DNA of 62,993 nucleotides from a virus (Duplodnaviria; Caudoviricetes): IMG/VR virus record IMGVR_UViG_3300046171_000113, positions 1 to 62,993 of that record; one strand, 5' to 3'. Shown piece by piece: positions 48,162 to 57,584 of this stretch (position 1 is its first letter; each line of letters starts with the position of its first letter). The notes under the pieces were generated by a model. It saw only the letters and a program-made list of their open reading frames with translations, ran no database searches and was not told where the DNA came from. The position numbers and the translations under genes were made by a program.

Positions 48162-49142
48162 TTATCCCTCCTTCGTGATATTTAATTGTTTCGCATACTC
48201 TTCGAGTGGCACACCTAATTTTTTGGCGATAGTAACCTGTGATGGTGTGAGCCTCACAGTTTTGCGACCAGATTTGGTACTTCGCTTCGCCGAAGCTACT
48301 GTTTGTACCGGAGCAGGTCGTGTATTTTCTCCCGAACTATTAGTATTACCAAATTTGTGCGGAAATTCAAGTCTTATTCTTTTATCTATTTCAGAATAAT
48401 ACTCATCACTCGATGGGTCAAAACCCTCTGATTCAGTTAACTTTTTATGAAGATCAAAAGCTGTGTAAGTCATAGCTGTATCTTGACCAAACCATGAATT
48501 TTTTTCACTCCATGCTTCAGCTTTGGGATCAGGTGAACCTTGCGCTGCTTGTTGCCTTCTTAAATTAACTTCAGGTCTTGCTTGTGGTTGTTTTTCTAGA
48601 TTCTCTCTAGCGAGTTTTGCTTCTTCAAGTCTAGCTTTTTTAACACCTAACTCAGAGATAGAAGCCATAGCATCCGCTTCAGCACTTAGATCATTTGCTT
48701 CTCTAGCTGCTGCAAGTTTTGCTTTTGCTGCTTCAACACCTGAAGTAATACTTTCTTCAGACACAGAAAGAAAATTAGGTTCTATTTTTTCTAATTTAGC
48801 TTCTGTTTGTTTTTTCTCTTTGATGGTTCTTTCAGCGTAAGATAAAGCTTCATCTTTTTGTCTTTCAGCTTCTCTCCACTTTTTAGTTAACTTTGCTATT
48901 CTTTTTTGTACACTATCACTGTACTGTTCTAATTCTTCTGTATTTTCTTTCTTGTCATCTAGTTTGACTTCTCTTTCATTTTCGTAAGTCTTATCCTCTT
49001 CAACAGGTCTTACAGCCGGATTTTCTTTTACTTCCGGTTGTTCAACTTCTGCTTGATCTTTTTCTTCAGGTAAATCGACGTCCATTGCTGGACCAGAGGT
49101 GTCGATATCAACTGTTTTTTTCACTTCGTCAGTGTCTGGCAT
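48162..49142 (-). CDS. Scaffolding protein (probable)
   Basis: Acidic coiled coil; C-terminal LT.SQ..IAKKLGV..EEYAK. Confidence 0.7.
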   Translation of the reverse strand: MPDTDEVKKTVDIDTSGPAMDVDLPEEKDQAEVEQPEVKENPAVRPVEEDKTYENEREVKLDDKKENTEELEQYSDSVQKRIAKLTKKWREAERQKDEALSYAERTIKEKKQTEAKLEKIEPNFLSVSEESITSGVEAAKAKLAAAREANDLSAEADAMASISELGVKKARLEEAKLARENLEKQPQARPEVNLRRQQAAQGSPDPKAEAWSEKNSWFGQDTAMTYTAFDLHKKLTESEGFDPSSDEYYSEIDKRIRLEFPHKFGNTNSSGENTRPAPVQTVASAKRSTKSGRKTVRLTPSQVTIAKKLGVPLEEYAKQLNITKEG

Positions 49143-49159
49143 AGTATCCTCCTATGTTG

Positions 49160-49624
49160 TTAATATTGATGAAGTATATCTTCAGGGTTATCGATTGTAG
49201 CTAATACTTCATCATCGTTTAGCAATCTAACTTCACCCCCGTCAATTTGTATACGGCTCCCTGCATATCTTGCAAAGACAACCCAATCACCTTTTTTACA
49301 CCAAGGTCCTTCAGGGAATTTTTCTTTGTCATAACAATGTGGTCCCATTGCTAAAACCAAACCGCATTGAGATGCAACTTGTTGTTTCTCTAAAGTATCT
49401 TGTCCTAAAATTAATCCACCTTTAGTTTTTTCTTTCATCTTGAAAGGGAGAAGTAACATTCTCCAACCAGTGGGTTGAGGTAATCTATCTGATTCTTTTG
49501 ATTTTAATCTATCGTAAGTTTTTTGTTCTTTATCTTCGATCTCTTTATTTTCTTTTTCGTACTTATCCGCCAAAGCATATTTAATCTTTGGGCTCTCCGA
49601 ATTTGATAACTGTTCCTTTTTCAT
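49160..49624 (-). CDS. groES: GroES-like co-chaperonin
   Basis: PTGWRMLL..., KTKGGLIL, GDWVVFARYAG, LLNDDEVLA. Confidence 0.88.
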   Translation of the reverse strand: MKKEQLSNSESPKIKYALADKYEKENKEIEDKEQKTYDRLKSKESDRLPQPTGWRMLLLPFKMKEKTKGGLILGQDTLEKQQVASQCGLVLAMGPHCYDKEKFPEGPWCKKGDWVVFARYAGSRIQIDGGEVRLLNDDEVLATIDNPEDILHQY

Positions 49625-49814
49625 CTTTTTGCTCCTTCTTGTTTAGCAGGTTAGAGATATCCTGTGATATTTTAAAGTAGGCATGTGCCTGTCCCATCAT
49701 ATACTTATATTTTTCCATATTGTCAACACTACCCGCAATCATAGCGTCACCAATTTGTTGATAAGATTCTTTCAGTTCTCTCTGTATTTTAGTTATTATT
49801 GTTAGTTCGTCCAT
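49581..49814 (-). CDS. Hypothetical protein
   Basis: Conserved-looking YKYMMGQ motif. Confidence 0.65.
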   Translation of the reverse strand: MDELTIITKIQRELKESYQQIGDAMIAGSVDNMEKYKYMMGQAHAYFKISQDISNLLNKKEQKDEKGTVIKFGEPKD

Positions 49815-49974
49815 TTGCTATTTTACCTTTGTTTATACCTTTCTTAATAATGTATTCTTGTGTTCCATTTGCACCTGTTTCAACTTCTTTACGAAGATTT
49901 TTAAACAGATGTTTTTCTTTTTCTTTTTTTTCTTTTTCTATTGAAAAATTCTCTAATAGTTTTGTATCTCTCAT
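49789..49974 (-). CDS. Hypothetical protein
   Basis: TTGACA-17nt-GATAAT promoter upstream. Confidence 0.55.
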   Translation of the reverse strand: MRDTKLLENFSIEKEKKEKEKHLFKNLRKEVETGANGTQEYIIKKGINKGKIANGRTNNNN

Positions 49975-50040
49975 AACACCAATTATCTATATAATCTGTA
50001 ATATTGTCAATAGTCGCACAAAATTTATATATAAAATTAT

Positions 50041-50322
50041 CTAACATTTCCATCTTTTCCTAGCTTGTCTTAATCTTGAATTAGGATCTTTAGCAGCTTT
50101 AGGAAATTTTTTCATTTGCCCTGCACTACGTGCACAATACGACTTACGTCTATTAGCATCTTTAGAACCAGGTTTTACTTTACCTGTTACAGCTGTTTTT
50201 AATTTTGATCCAGGATTTTTTCTTCTATAAGCAGCTACACCTTTAGCTGTCATACCTGCACCAGATTTTGTTGATCTAAAATTTTTTTTATTTCTAGCAG
50301 GCATGTTATCTTGTTTTCTCAT
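50041..50322 (-). CDS. Small basic protein (RRKSYCARS...RWKC)
   Basis: K/R-rich, coupled operon. Confidence 0.75.
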   Translation of the reverse strand: MRKQDNMPARNKKNFRSTKSGAGMTAKGVAAYRRKNPGSKLKTAVTGKVKPGSKDANRRKSYCARSAGQMKKFPKAAKDPNSRLRQARKRWKC

Positions 50323-50594
50323 ATCAAACCTCCCATGCTTGCTTTTTTTCTTTTAGTAAATGTTGAAACGTTTGTTGGCTTACCGCCAGGATTACCTGCC
50401 GCTCTTTTTCGTTTGACAGCACTCGCCTTTTGCGAGCTTGACATCCGTGTGGCTTTTGCAAGTGGGACGCATTTCGGATATTTCCTTTTCGAGCCTTTGC
50501 TTCTCCCGCAAGGTTGATATTTTCCGTTCTTCTTCGGAGCTCCAATGTCCACCCATTTCTCTTTCACCCATTCTCTTAATCCTTTCTCGGCCAT
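50319..50594 (-). CDS. Small basic protein (W..E.WVD, PCGR, YPKCVP)
   Basis: K/R-rich; ends RKKASMGGLI. Confidence 0.75.
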   Translation of the reverse strand: MAEKGLREWVKEKWVDIGAPKKNGKYQPCGRSKGSKRKYPKCVPLAKATRMSSSQKASAVKRKRAAGNPGGKPTNVSTFTKRKKASMGGLI

Positions 50595-50791
50595 TAGACA
50601 TCAACCATCATCGTTAAATCTTCATCAACGATTAGACCTCCATTAGCGGCTTTTTTTCTTTTACCTTTTTTACCACCTGGAGTAATTTTGCCAGAGCACA
50701 CACCGGACGCATACATATTAGCGTATGCAGAAGGATAAACTTTAAATTTTCTTTTTGCTGCTGCTTTTCCTTTTGGACATAGTTTAGCCAT
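50594..50791 (-). CDS. Small basic protein (YPSAYAN)
   Basis: K-rich; RKKAANGG. Confidence 0.75.
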   Translation of the reverse strand: MAKLCPKGKAAAKRKFKVYPSAYANMYASGVCSGKITPGGKKGKRKKAANGGLIVDEDLTMMVDV

Positions 50792-50805
50792 TATGAATTT
50801 GCTCC

Positions 50806-51027
50806 TTATTTAAACTTTGGATTAGGTTTACTTGGTATATTAGAATAATCTCTTTTATACCCATCATCAGGTGTTCCTGGAGTTTCTTTAGCCTCTTTAG
50901 CTCTTTTTTGAAATTTTTTTGTTTCCTTACTAAACTTTTCTTCTTGTTTTTTAATTTGATCTTTTTCAAGTTGTGTAAGATTAGTTCCCTTACTTAAAAA
51001 TTTCCTATTATTATAATCTCTTCTCAT
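50806..51027 (-). CDS. Small basic protein
   Basis: RKFLSKGT motif. Confidence 0.6.
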   Translation of the reverse strand: MRRDYNNRKFLSKGTNLTQLEKDQIKKQEEKFSKETKKFQKRAKEAKETPGTPDDGYKRDYSNIPSKPNPKFK

Positions 51028-51029
51028 AA

Positions 51030-51275
51030 TTATATTAATCCTTTGTAATATTTTTTATAACTAGGGTTGCCAACTTCTACTCCACCAAGATCTCCTGAAA
51101 TATAACTTCCGTTATAATCTCTTTGAGCTTGTTTAACCATATCGTTTTCTCCAGAACCTTTAGAAAAATATTTTCTACCTCTAAGAGCTTCTGCTCTTAA
51201 ATCAGGTTTCTTAACTTTTTTCTTTTTCTTACCAGACATTTGCTGAATAAGTTTCTGAAGTTTTTGCTTAGACAT
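51030..51275 (-). CDS. Small basic protein
   Basis: RKYFSKGS motif. Confidence 0.65.
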   Translation of the reverse strand: MSKQKLQKLIQQMSGKKKKKVKKPDLRAEALRGRKYFSKGSGENDMVKQAQRDYNGSYISGDLGGVEVGNPSYKKYYKGLI

Positions 51276-51604
51276 TACTTATTAATCTTACCTGATTTTT
51301 TAGCTTTAGAACCAAACTTACCATAAGACTCATCTCTTGATGCTTTCAATTGTTTTGGAGTTCTTTTCTTTTTGATTCTCATTGCAATTGACTCATCTTT
51401 TCTATCTTTGTAACCTTGTTTCTTTTTCTTAACAGAACCACCTTTTTTATACATAGCTCCGCCTCTCATACCCATGTCATCTTTGTAGTAACCAGATTCC
51501 ATGTCTTTTCTAGCAGTAGACATTCCACCACCCATTTTACTTACTCTTCCACCTACTTTGTATCCTTTAGGTGTTACTTGTTTATTAAATCTATTGTTTG
51601 CCAT
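51275..51604 (-). CDS. Small basic G/K/M-rich protein
   Basis: Multiple xxGG motifs. Confidence 0.7.
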   Translation of the reverse strand: MANNRFNKQVTPKGYKVGGRVSKMGGGMSTARKDMESGYYKDDMGMRGGAMYKKGGSVKKKKQGYKDRKDESIAMRIKKKRTPKQLKASRDESYGKFGSKAKKSGKINK

Positions 51605-51993
51605 TATTTTTTTCCTCCGTTGTTTCTAAATATTTGTGTTCCCTTTATACCATAAATGCTCGCCACGACAAGGATCCACAAATTTGTAAACCATGACGGC
51701 AGTGCTGCGAAATGCTCAAAGAAGACATTTACTTTTGTCATCGCATCTGGATCATCAGACCAAACTGAAAATGCCAGCACCGCGATGGGCAACGTGAGAA
51801 CTACAAGAACCGCCTCGTCCTTATAATCGTTTTGCCTAGCTTCTAAAAGTTTGCCTTGATAAGCTTCCTTACCTTCGGCCATTTTAGTAGCATGCATTAA
51901 CTGAGCATCGGACATCGCCATCTTCGTTCTCTGCTTATTAGCATAAATTTTACTACCAGCAGAAACGGCTAATTTAATTGCCGATAACCACAT
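51604..51993 (-). CDS. Holin-like membrane protein
   Basis: Amphipathic N-terminus and two TM segments. Confidence 0.6.
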   Translation of the reverse strand: MWLSAIKLAVSAGSKIYANKQRTKMAMSDAQLMHATKMAEGKEAYQGKLLEARQNDYKDEAVLVVLTLPIAVLAFSVWSDDPDAMTKVNVFFEHFAALPSWFTNLWILVVASIYGIKGTQIFRNNGGKK

Positions 51994-51994
51994 G

Positions 51995-52186
51995 TTAGTA
52001 CCAAGTTGCTGTTTTCTTTTTGTCTTTTAGCATTCTTTTAGTTCCTCTAACCTCAGTTTTGTCTCCAGTTGGTATGTAGTTTCTTGGCATACCATTTGCA
52101 GTCGTAACAGATCTCGGATCCAACTCAATATTTTGAGAAGGAATGCCTATTTCAGACGCTTTAAAAGATTCTTCTTTTTTAGCCAT
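51995..52186 (-). CDS. Small hypothetical protein
   Basis: AAGGAG RBS. Confidence 0.65.
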   Translation of the reverse strand: MAKKEESFKASEIGIPSQNIELDPRSVTTANGMPRNYIPTGDKTEVRGTKRMLKDKKKTATWY

Positions 52187-52195
52187 AGTTTCTCC

Positions 52196-52375
52196 TTATT
52201 TTTTCTTCAATTTTTTTAATGTTATAGCAAATCTTGCTCTTTGTCCAAGCTTTCCTGGTTTCTTAGCTGCTGCTTTTAGTTTTGAAGCAGGAATTGTCTT
52301 ACCTTTTTTAATTCCAAGAGATTTTCTTAGTGAACCAGGTTTTTTTATTGCTTTTTTAATGTCTAGTTTAGCCAT
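52196..52375 (-). CDS. Very basic small protein (IKKPGSLRKSLG)
   Basis: Strongly Lys-rich; follows portal. Confidence 0.7.
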   Translation of the reverse strand: MAKLDIKKAIKKPGSLRKSLGIKKGKTIPASKLKAAAKKPGKLGQRARFAITLKKLKKK

Positions 52376-52376
52376 T

Positions 52377-54881
52377 TTATCTATTTTCTCCTTTATACTT
52401 TTCAATCTCTACACTTGGTATCATTTTATCTACATTTGGTATTGATTTACTAAGAATTGTTTTTTCAATTGATGTTTCAGCTCTCATTTCTGCTAAATCT
52501 GCGTTTTGATTAAGCTTATCTTCATGCTCACGTTGATTCATCATTGCTTTCATACGATCAAGATTAATTCTTTGCTCACCTTCTTTTCTTTTTCTCTCAT
52601 TATCTTGTGCTCTTAGGTCTAATTCTCTTGCTCTTAACTTAGCAATTGGATCATCACCAAAACCAGAAGTAACTTCTCTCTCTTCTTTTAAGAATTCTTC
52701 CATCATTTCAGCAATCAAGACAGCTTTTCTTCCTTCAATCTTCTGACTGATCTGTTGAGCAGCTTGTGCAATCTGTGGATTGTTCTGAGCCATCTGATTC
52801 ATCTGAGCTAACTGTTGTAACTCTTGTGGAAACTCTAATTCAATTTGTTCTTGTGCCATCAAACTTATGTGCTCCATAATATTTTTTTCCATTGCAGCCA
52901 TAACAACAGGATTATTTCTAGCAATGTTAGTTGCCATAAAATTTAAATGCGAAGTTATGTGTGCTCTATGATCTTGACCAGGGAAAGCTTGAAAATTTTT
53001 ACCACTTAACGCCATGATATTTTCTAAAGCAGGATCAATTGGTTGTGGTTGTTCAGGTTTAACTAATAATGTGTCAATATCTTTTACACCTAATGCTTCA
53101 TACATATTTCTATACGCTTGATACATGTTGTGCATCTGTGGATTAGAAGTTGCCAGCTGCAACTCTGTTTGTGCGAGGGAAATACGCTGAGTTTGAGAAA
53201 AGATGTTGGGATCAGCAACTGGCAATATATCTACTCTGTCATCAAAGTCTGTTTGTTTAACTGTTCTTTGACCCCCAACTACGTCATACGGATATTCCGG
53301 TGGTAGATATAACTTGAATACTCTTGCTAACAATTTAAATTCTTGTTTTAGCGAAGAGTAAATTCTTTTGTGAATAGCTGACATTGTTCTACTACCACGT
53401 TCTAGTAAAGCAACTGTAGTTCCAACTGCAGCTTGTTGATTGCCATCACCAACTTGTAAATCAGCAATTGATGCAAACCTTTGACCAGCATTAACTACGA
53501 TACCCATAAGGTTTAGTAATGTAGCTGATGGTTCTTTGAATGGTAACATCATAAATGAATCTTTTAAATTTCCACCTGGTGCATCTACGTCTCTAAATTC
53601 ACCTGGTTGAATAGATTGCGCGTCATCTCTAATTCTAATACCACGCATTTTAAATCCAGCTGGTAAGTTAGATAAAGTTCCTGCATCTAATAACTGACGG
53701 AGTGCAGCAGTTGCAGTTCTGCTCAATCCGCCAATCATGTGGATTAGACCAAAGCCATAAAACCCTAGTCCTGGAAGAAACTTAAAATGAGTAAAGTAAG
53801 GAATTTTGTTTTTATCTGGATCACCTATTTCATAGTTACGTCTAATAGATAAAATATTTCTTGTTCCTTCATCGACTGTTACGATGTATGGAATTTTAAT
53901 TCCTGAAGGTTCACCTGTATCATCAGTGTCTTCAAAACCTTCTATATCTAAATTAACATGACATTCTAAAAGAGTGTAGACATCGTCGTCTTGAGTTTTT
54001 CTTTGACCTTCTAACTCTCTTTCTTTTTTCTCAACGTCATCTGATTCTTGAGTAGGATCTCCTAATTCAATGTCTAAATAAAAACCTGCTACTTGTTGTT
54101 TTCTTAATTCGTTCTTAGAAATTTTTACCCGATGGATGATTGCCTCTGCATCGTCTAATGAGGTAGCCGTGTAGGGTACAATCAAATCATCTGCCGGTAC
54201 GAACTTTGATGTCGCTTTTTTAGATAACTCATCGTAATAAGTTTTCTTAAAAGCTGATCCTGCTAAAGGTAAATAAAATAACAGTTGATCAAAGTCGGGC
54301 TCATAGTCTTTCATTTTTTCCATGAGCTCGTAGTTCATAAAATCTTTAACACGTTGTGCTTGTTTAGCTTTCTCTTCAGTTGGTGCACCAATCACAGCTG
54401 TTCTAACTGGACCATCTGCTGGAAGTAATTCTTTATAAGCTAACGCTTGAAACTGAGTAACAGCTTCTGCAAGAACTGGGTGCGTTGCACCTGAAGCTCC
54501 TTGAAAAGGTTCTGTTCTCATATCATATTTGAAACCTAATAAATCTAAACCTTGAGTGTAAGAACGTTCCCATTCTTTTCTACCTGCTTGATAATCTTGA
54601 TATTTTTGAGAAAGGTCTGAACCCATCTCTTGTAAAACATTTTCTGGTAAAAACTCTGCTAAGTTTGCGTAGTGTTCATCTCCACCTTCTGGTTGAGCTG
54701 CCGCTGGATCAAAATCTATTTGTACTGATCCATCTTCTAATTCTGTTTGTTCTATGGGCCCTGGTGCCTGTTCCTGTATTACTTGTTCTTCAACAATTGC
54801 TTCTTGAATTTGTTCTTCACCCGGTATAATTGCTGAGCCTCTTGGACCTTGCGTCAGGGACTTGTCTACTTTGTCTGCCAT
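52377..54881 (-). CDS. Portal protein
   Basis: HPVLAEAVTQFQA, GSAFKK, GFYGFGL motifs; position after terL. Confidence 0.88.
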   Translation of the reverse strand: MADKVDKSLTQGPRGSAIIPGEEQIQEAIVEEQVIQEQAPGPIEQTELEDGSVQIDFDPAAAQPEGGDEHYANLAEFLPENVLQEMGSDLSQKYQDYQAGRKEWERSYTQGLDLLGFKYDMRTEPFQGASGATHPVLAEAVTQFQALAYKELLPADGPVRTAVIGAPTEEKAKQAQRVKDFMNYELMEKMKDYEPDFDQLLFYLPLAGSAFKKTYYDELSKKATSKFVPADDLIVPYTATSLDDAEAIIHRVKISKNELRKQQVAGFYLDIELGDPTQESDDVEKKERELEGQRKTQDDDVYTLLECHVNLDIEGFEDTDDTGEPSGIKIPYIVTVDEGTRNILSIRRNYEIGDPDKNKIPYFTHFKFLPGLGFYGFGLIHMIGGLSRTATAALRQLLDAGTLSNLPAGFKMRGIRIRDDAQSIQPGEFRDVDAPGGNLKDSFMMLPFKEPSATLLNLMGIVVNAGQRFASIADLQVGDGNQQAAVGTTVALLERGSRTMSAIHKRIYSSLKQEFKLLARVFKLYLPPEYPYDVVGGQRTVKQTDFDDRVDILPVADPNIFSQTQRISLAQTELQLATSNPQMHNMYQAYRNMYEALGVKDIDTLLVKPEQPQPIDPALENIMALSGKNFQAFPGQDHRAHITSHLNFMATNIARNNPVVMAAMEKNIMEHISLMAQEQIELEFPQELQQLAQMNQMAQNNPQIAQAAQQISQKIEGRKAVLIAEMMEEFLKEEREVTSGFGDDPIAKLRARELDLRAQDNERKRKEGEQRINLDRMKAMMNQREHEDKLNQNADLAEMRAETSIEKTILSKSIPNVDKMIPSVEIEKYKGENR

Positions 54882-55002
54882 TTTTTATTTTCTCCAGTTT
54901 CACTGTCTTAACAGTATTATAGTTAATATTCAACCCTTGAGGCGTGGGTCCTGATTCAGGCGGCAGGAGCCAGGTTTTAGGGTACGTATGTTTCGGTTTC
55001 AT
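54817..55002 (-). CDS. Small hypothetical protein (PPESGPTPQGL)
   Basis: Fills the gap before portal. Confidence 0.5.
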   Translation of the reverse strand: MKPKHTYPKTWLLPPESGPTPQGLNINYNTVKTVKLEKIKNGRQSRQVPDARSKRLSNYTG

Positions 55003-56842
55003 CTTTTACACCTTTGTTTTCTTCTATCGTCTCTCTAAATCTTGCAGGGATATTCTCCAGCATAGATTCAAGGCCTTGTCTTCTCTCCATTGCATTTTTT
55101 AAAAATTGTTCTTCTTCACTTAGTGAAGCTTGCTCTAAAGCAACGTTTGCCATTTTACCAATATTAGGATTGTTCATAAACATAGATCCTGCACTTGCAG
55201 CAGCTTGAGAAAAAGGTGCTCCAGACATATACATCATTGGAAAATCTATTGCAGCGGCTATTGCATTATCTGCTTTACCAGGAAAGGCAGTGGTAAGCGC
55301 ATCAATACCTGGTCTAATGCTTCTATAAGCGTTACCTGCATTTTTTATTTTTTGATTAAAAGAATCAAACATATTTCTTATTTTAGATTTTTCTGGTTGC
55401 TCTACTTTATCTGCAGTGGTTACATTAGGTATTTTTTTTAAAAGTTCTAAATCAATTTTCTTTTTACCTAGTTCAATAATTTGATTAGCTTGTTCTTTTG
55501 TAATTTTAGATAAATCTAAATCACCTAATTCACTTCCATAAGCCATTCCTTTTTTAGGATCAAAGGAAATATCTTTTGATTTTTTTACATTTCCTTTTTC
55601 ATCAATATTTAATAATTCAAAATTAACTAAACCTTGAGCACTAGATCCTTTTAACTGACTACGTAATCCTTTCATTTTACTATTATAGTCTTCAATAAGT
55701 ATTTTTTTATCCTCAAGTGATATATTTTTACTTTTTAATTTTTGATTTAATTTAGTAAGAAGATCATTTCTTTGACCTTCTATTTTTTCTACTATTGGGG
55801 AAGTATTAATTTCTGATGGTATCAAACCAAATCTACTTAAAGTTTGAGTAGTAAACTTTGGTTGACCATGTTGAATAACAATATCTTTAGACATTGTTCC
55901 AGGAAATTTTTCTGTCTTATATTCTCTTAAAGCTCTGTAGACTCCATAGGGGTCTTGTTTTTTATACATAGCGGCTTTAGCTCTTTTTATAGCTAATTTT
56001 TCTTTTGAAGATAAAAAGGGAGTTACATTTTTTTGATACTCAGGGCTATCTGCTATTTGAGTTATTAAATCTTTTAATTTATTAATACCATCTTTGTCAG
56101 CAGGAAAATATTTTGTTTTTTGACCATCTAAAAAAGTATCCATTAACTCTTTGTATTGATCTCCAATTCTTAAACCAGCGGATTTACTTTTAGTACCTGT
56201 AGATTGAATACTTATACCTTTAATATCTTTTGTAATTTTTTTTAAATCGTCAAAAGCTTCTTGGTCAACTTCATATACTCCAGTATTTTTTTTAGCTGCA
56301 GATGCGTCCCCAGCTTTTTTACCAGACTCTATATAAGAACTAACTTTAAAATCATCTCCTTCTTTTAAATATTTTCTGACAGAAGTTGTTGAAGATTTAG
56401 TTCCTTTAGCTATCTCCATTATAGTAGGAGCTGTGCCTTTTGTTTTTTTAAAATTTTCTACAAACTCTACAAGTTTAGTTTTAGTCCCTTCGCCAAACTC
56501 TTCTCTCTCTTCTATTTGTGGTAAACCAATAGGGCCATCAGTAGTTTTACTTTGTTCTTTTAAATAATCATCGTAATATTTTTTTCTGCTTTTAATAAAC
56601 TCAAGACCTTCTTGCATTGTAACGACACCTTCAGTAACAGCCTTGTCTAATTCTTTCTGCATCAAGTCTACAAGAAAAGCGTTAGAAGACTTTCCAGTTC
56701 CATATACGCCTTGTAATAAAGTGTCTGCTTTATTTTTAAACTGAACTGCGCTGTAAGGTTTTTTTGGTGGGGGTGAGCCGTCAGCAAACTTCTCTCGACG
56801 CGTAAGATACGCCATCATCTCGTTGTACTCGTGGATTTTCAA
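54977..56842 (-). CDS. 621-aa protein with putative HTH segment
   Basis: GTAPTIMEIAKGTKSSTTSVRKYL. Confidence 0.7.
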   Translation of the reverse strand: MKIHEYNEMMAYLTRREKFADGSPPPKKPYSAVQFKNKADTLLQGVYGTGKSSNAFLVDLMQKELDKAVTEGVVTMQEGLEFIKSRKKYYDDYLKEQSKTTDGPIGLPQIEEREEFGEGTKTKLVEFVENFKKTKGTAPTIMEIAKGTKSSTTSVRKYLKEGDDFKVSSYIESGKKAGDASAAKKNTGVYEVDQEAFDDLKKITKDIKGISIQSTGTKSKSAGLRIGDQYKELMDTFLDGQKTKYFPADKDGINKLKDLITQIADSPEYQKNVTPFLSSKEKLAIKRAKAAMYKKQDPYGVYRALREYKTEKFPGTMSKDIVIQHGQPKFTTQTLSRFGLIPSEINTSPIVEKIEGQRNDLLTKLNQKLKSKNISLEDKKILIEDYNSKMKGLRSQLKGSSAQGLVNFELLNIDEKGNVKKSKDISFDPKKGMAYGSELGDLDLSKITKEQANQIIELGKKKIDLELLKKIPNVTTADKVEQPEKSKIRNMFDSFNQKIKNAGNAYRSIRPGIDALTTAFPGKADNAIAAAIDFPMMYMSGAPFSQAAASAGSMFMNNPNIGKMANVALEQASLSEEEQFLKNAMERRQGLESMLENIPARFRETIEENKGVKDETETYVP

Positions 56843-56843
56843 T

Positions 56844-57584
56844 TTACAATCCTAGTATTGCTGCTAGACCGCCTGATTGTTTTTCATCTCTATCGATAAC
56901 ACCTTTACCAATTAAGATATCTTTTTGTGTGATTTGTCCGTCACCAGATAGATCAGGGAAAGATCCACCAGCTAAAGTAATTCTAGTTTTATCATCTTCG
57001 ACTAATTCTTTAACAACTTCCATTCCAGGATCTCTACTAGCTGTACCCATTCTTAATTCATAAAATTCTTTTAGTTCATCTAATGAATTTGGCTTACGTC
57101 CTTTTTCTCTAATAAATTCTTTTACAACTTCTTCAATTCTAACTTCAGGTCTTATAGCAGCCATATCACTCATAGCTTCTCTTCTGAAACTATCAAAGTC
57201 CATAGGCTCTAAGCCTTGTTCTAACATATCGAATCTGTATTTTTGATATTCGTCTTCTAAAGGATCTAATTCTGCGCTTGCCATTTGCATGATGCCTGAA
57301 TCCTGAGCCCTGACTTGTTCACCCATAGGCACGCCTTGGTCTTTCATTAATTCAATTGTATCTAAGTCTTCTTCCTGAAACTCTTCAACTTCATCACCGT
57401 TTGCATAAAAATTTCTCATAATTCCTCCGTTAGCCTCTTTGGATCTTCCAGAATCTTTTAGTCTAAAAGTATCCATTTCAATAATATTTATATTATTTCT
57501 TTTTATGTAATCAGTCAAGGACTCTCCTGGTTCTACTCCTACACCACTTTCGTAAGCATCAATTACATCTTCATAATATTCCAT
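56844..57584 (-). CDS. Acidic protein with repeated xxGG motifs and an EF-hand-like loop
   Basis: DLSGDGQITQKD; GGLAAILGL C-terminus. Confidence 0.7.
   Translation of the reverse strand: MEYYEDVIDAYESGVGVEPGESLTDYIKRNNINIIEMDTFRLKDSGRSKEANGGIMRNFYANGDEVEEFQEEDLDTIELMKDQGVPMGEQVRAQDSGIMQMASAELDPLEDEYQKYRFDMLEQGLEPMDFDSFRREAMSDMAAIRPEVRIEEVVKEFIREKGRKPNSLDELKEFYELRMGTASRDPGMEVVKELVEDDKTRITLAGGSFPDLSGDGQITQKDILIGKGVIDRDEKQSGGLAAILGL

Noticed and set aside
50324-50969. Alternative-frame ORFs at 50324, 50392 and 50784
   Set aside because: Fully overlap the coupled basic-protein genes that have better RBS and motif support.
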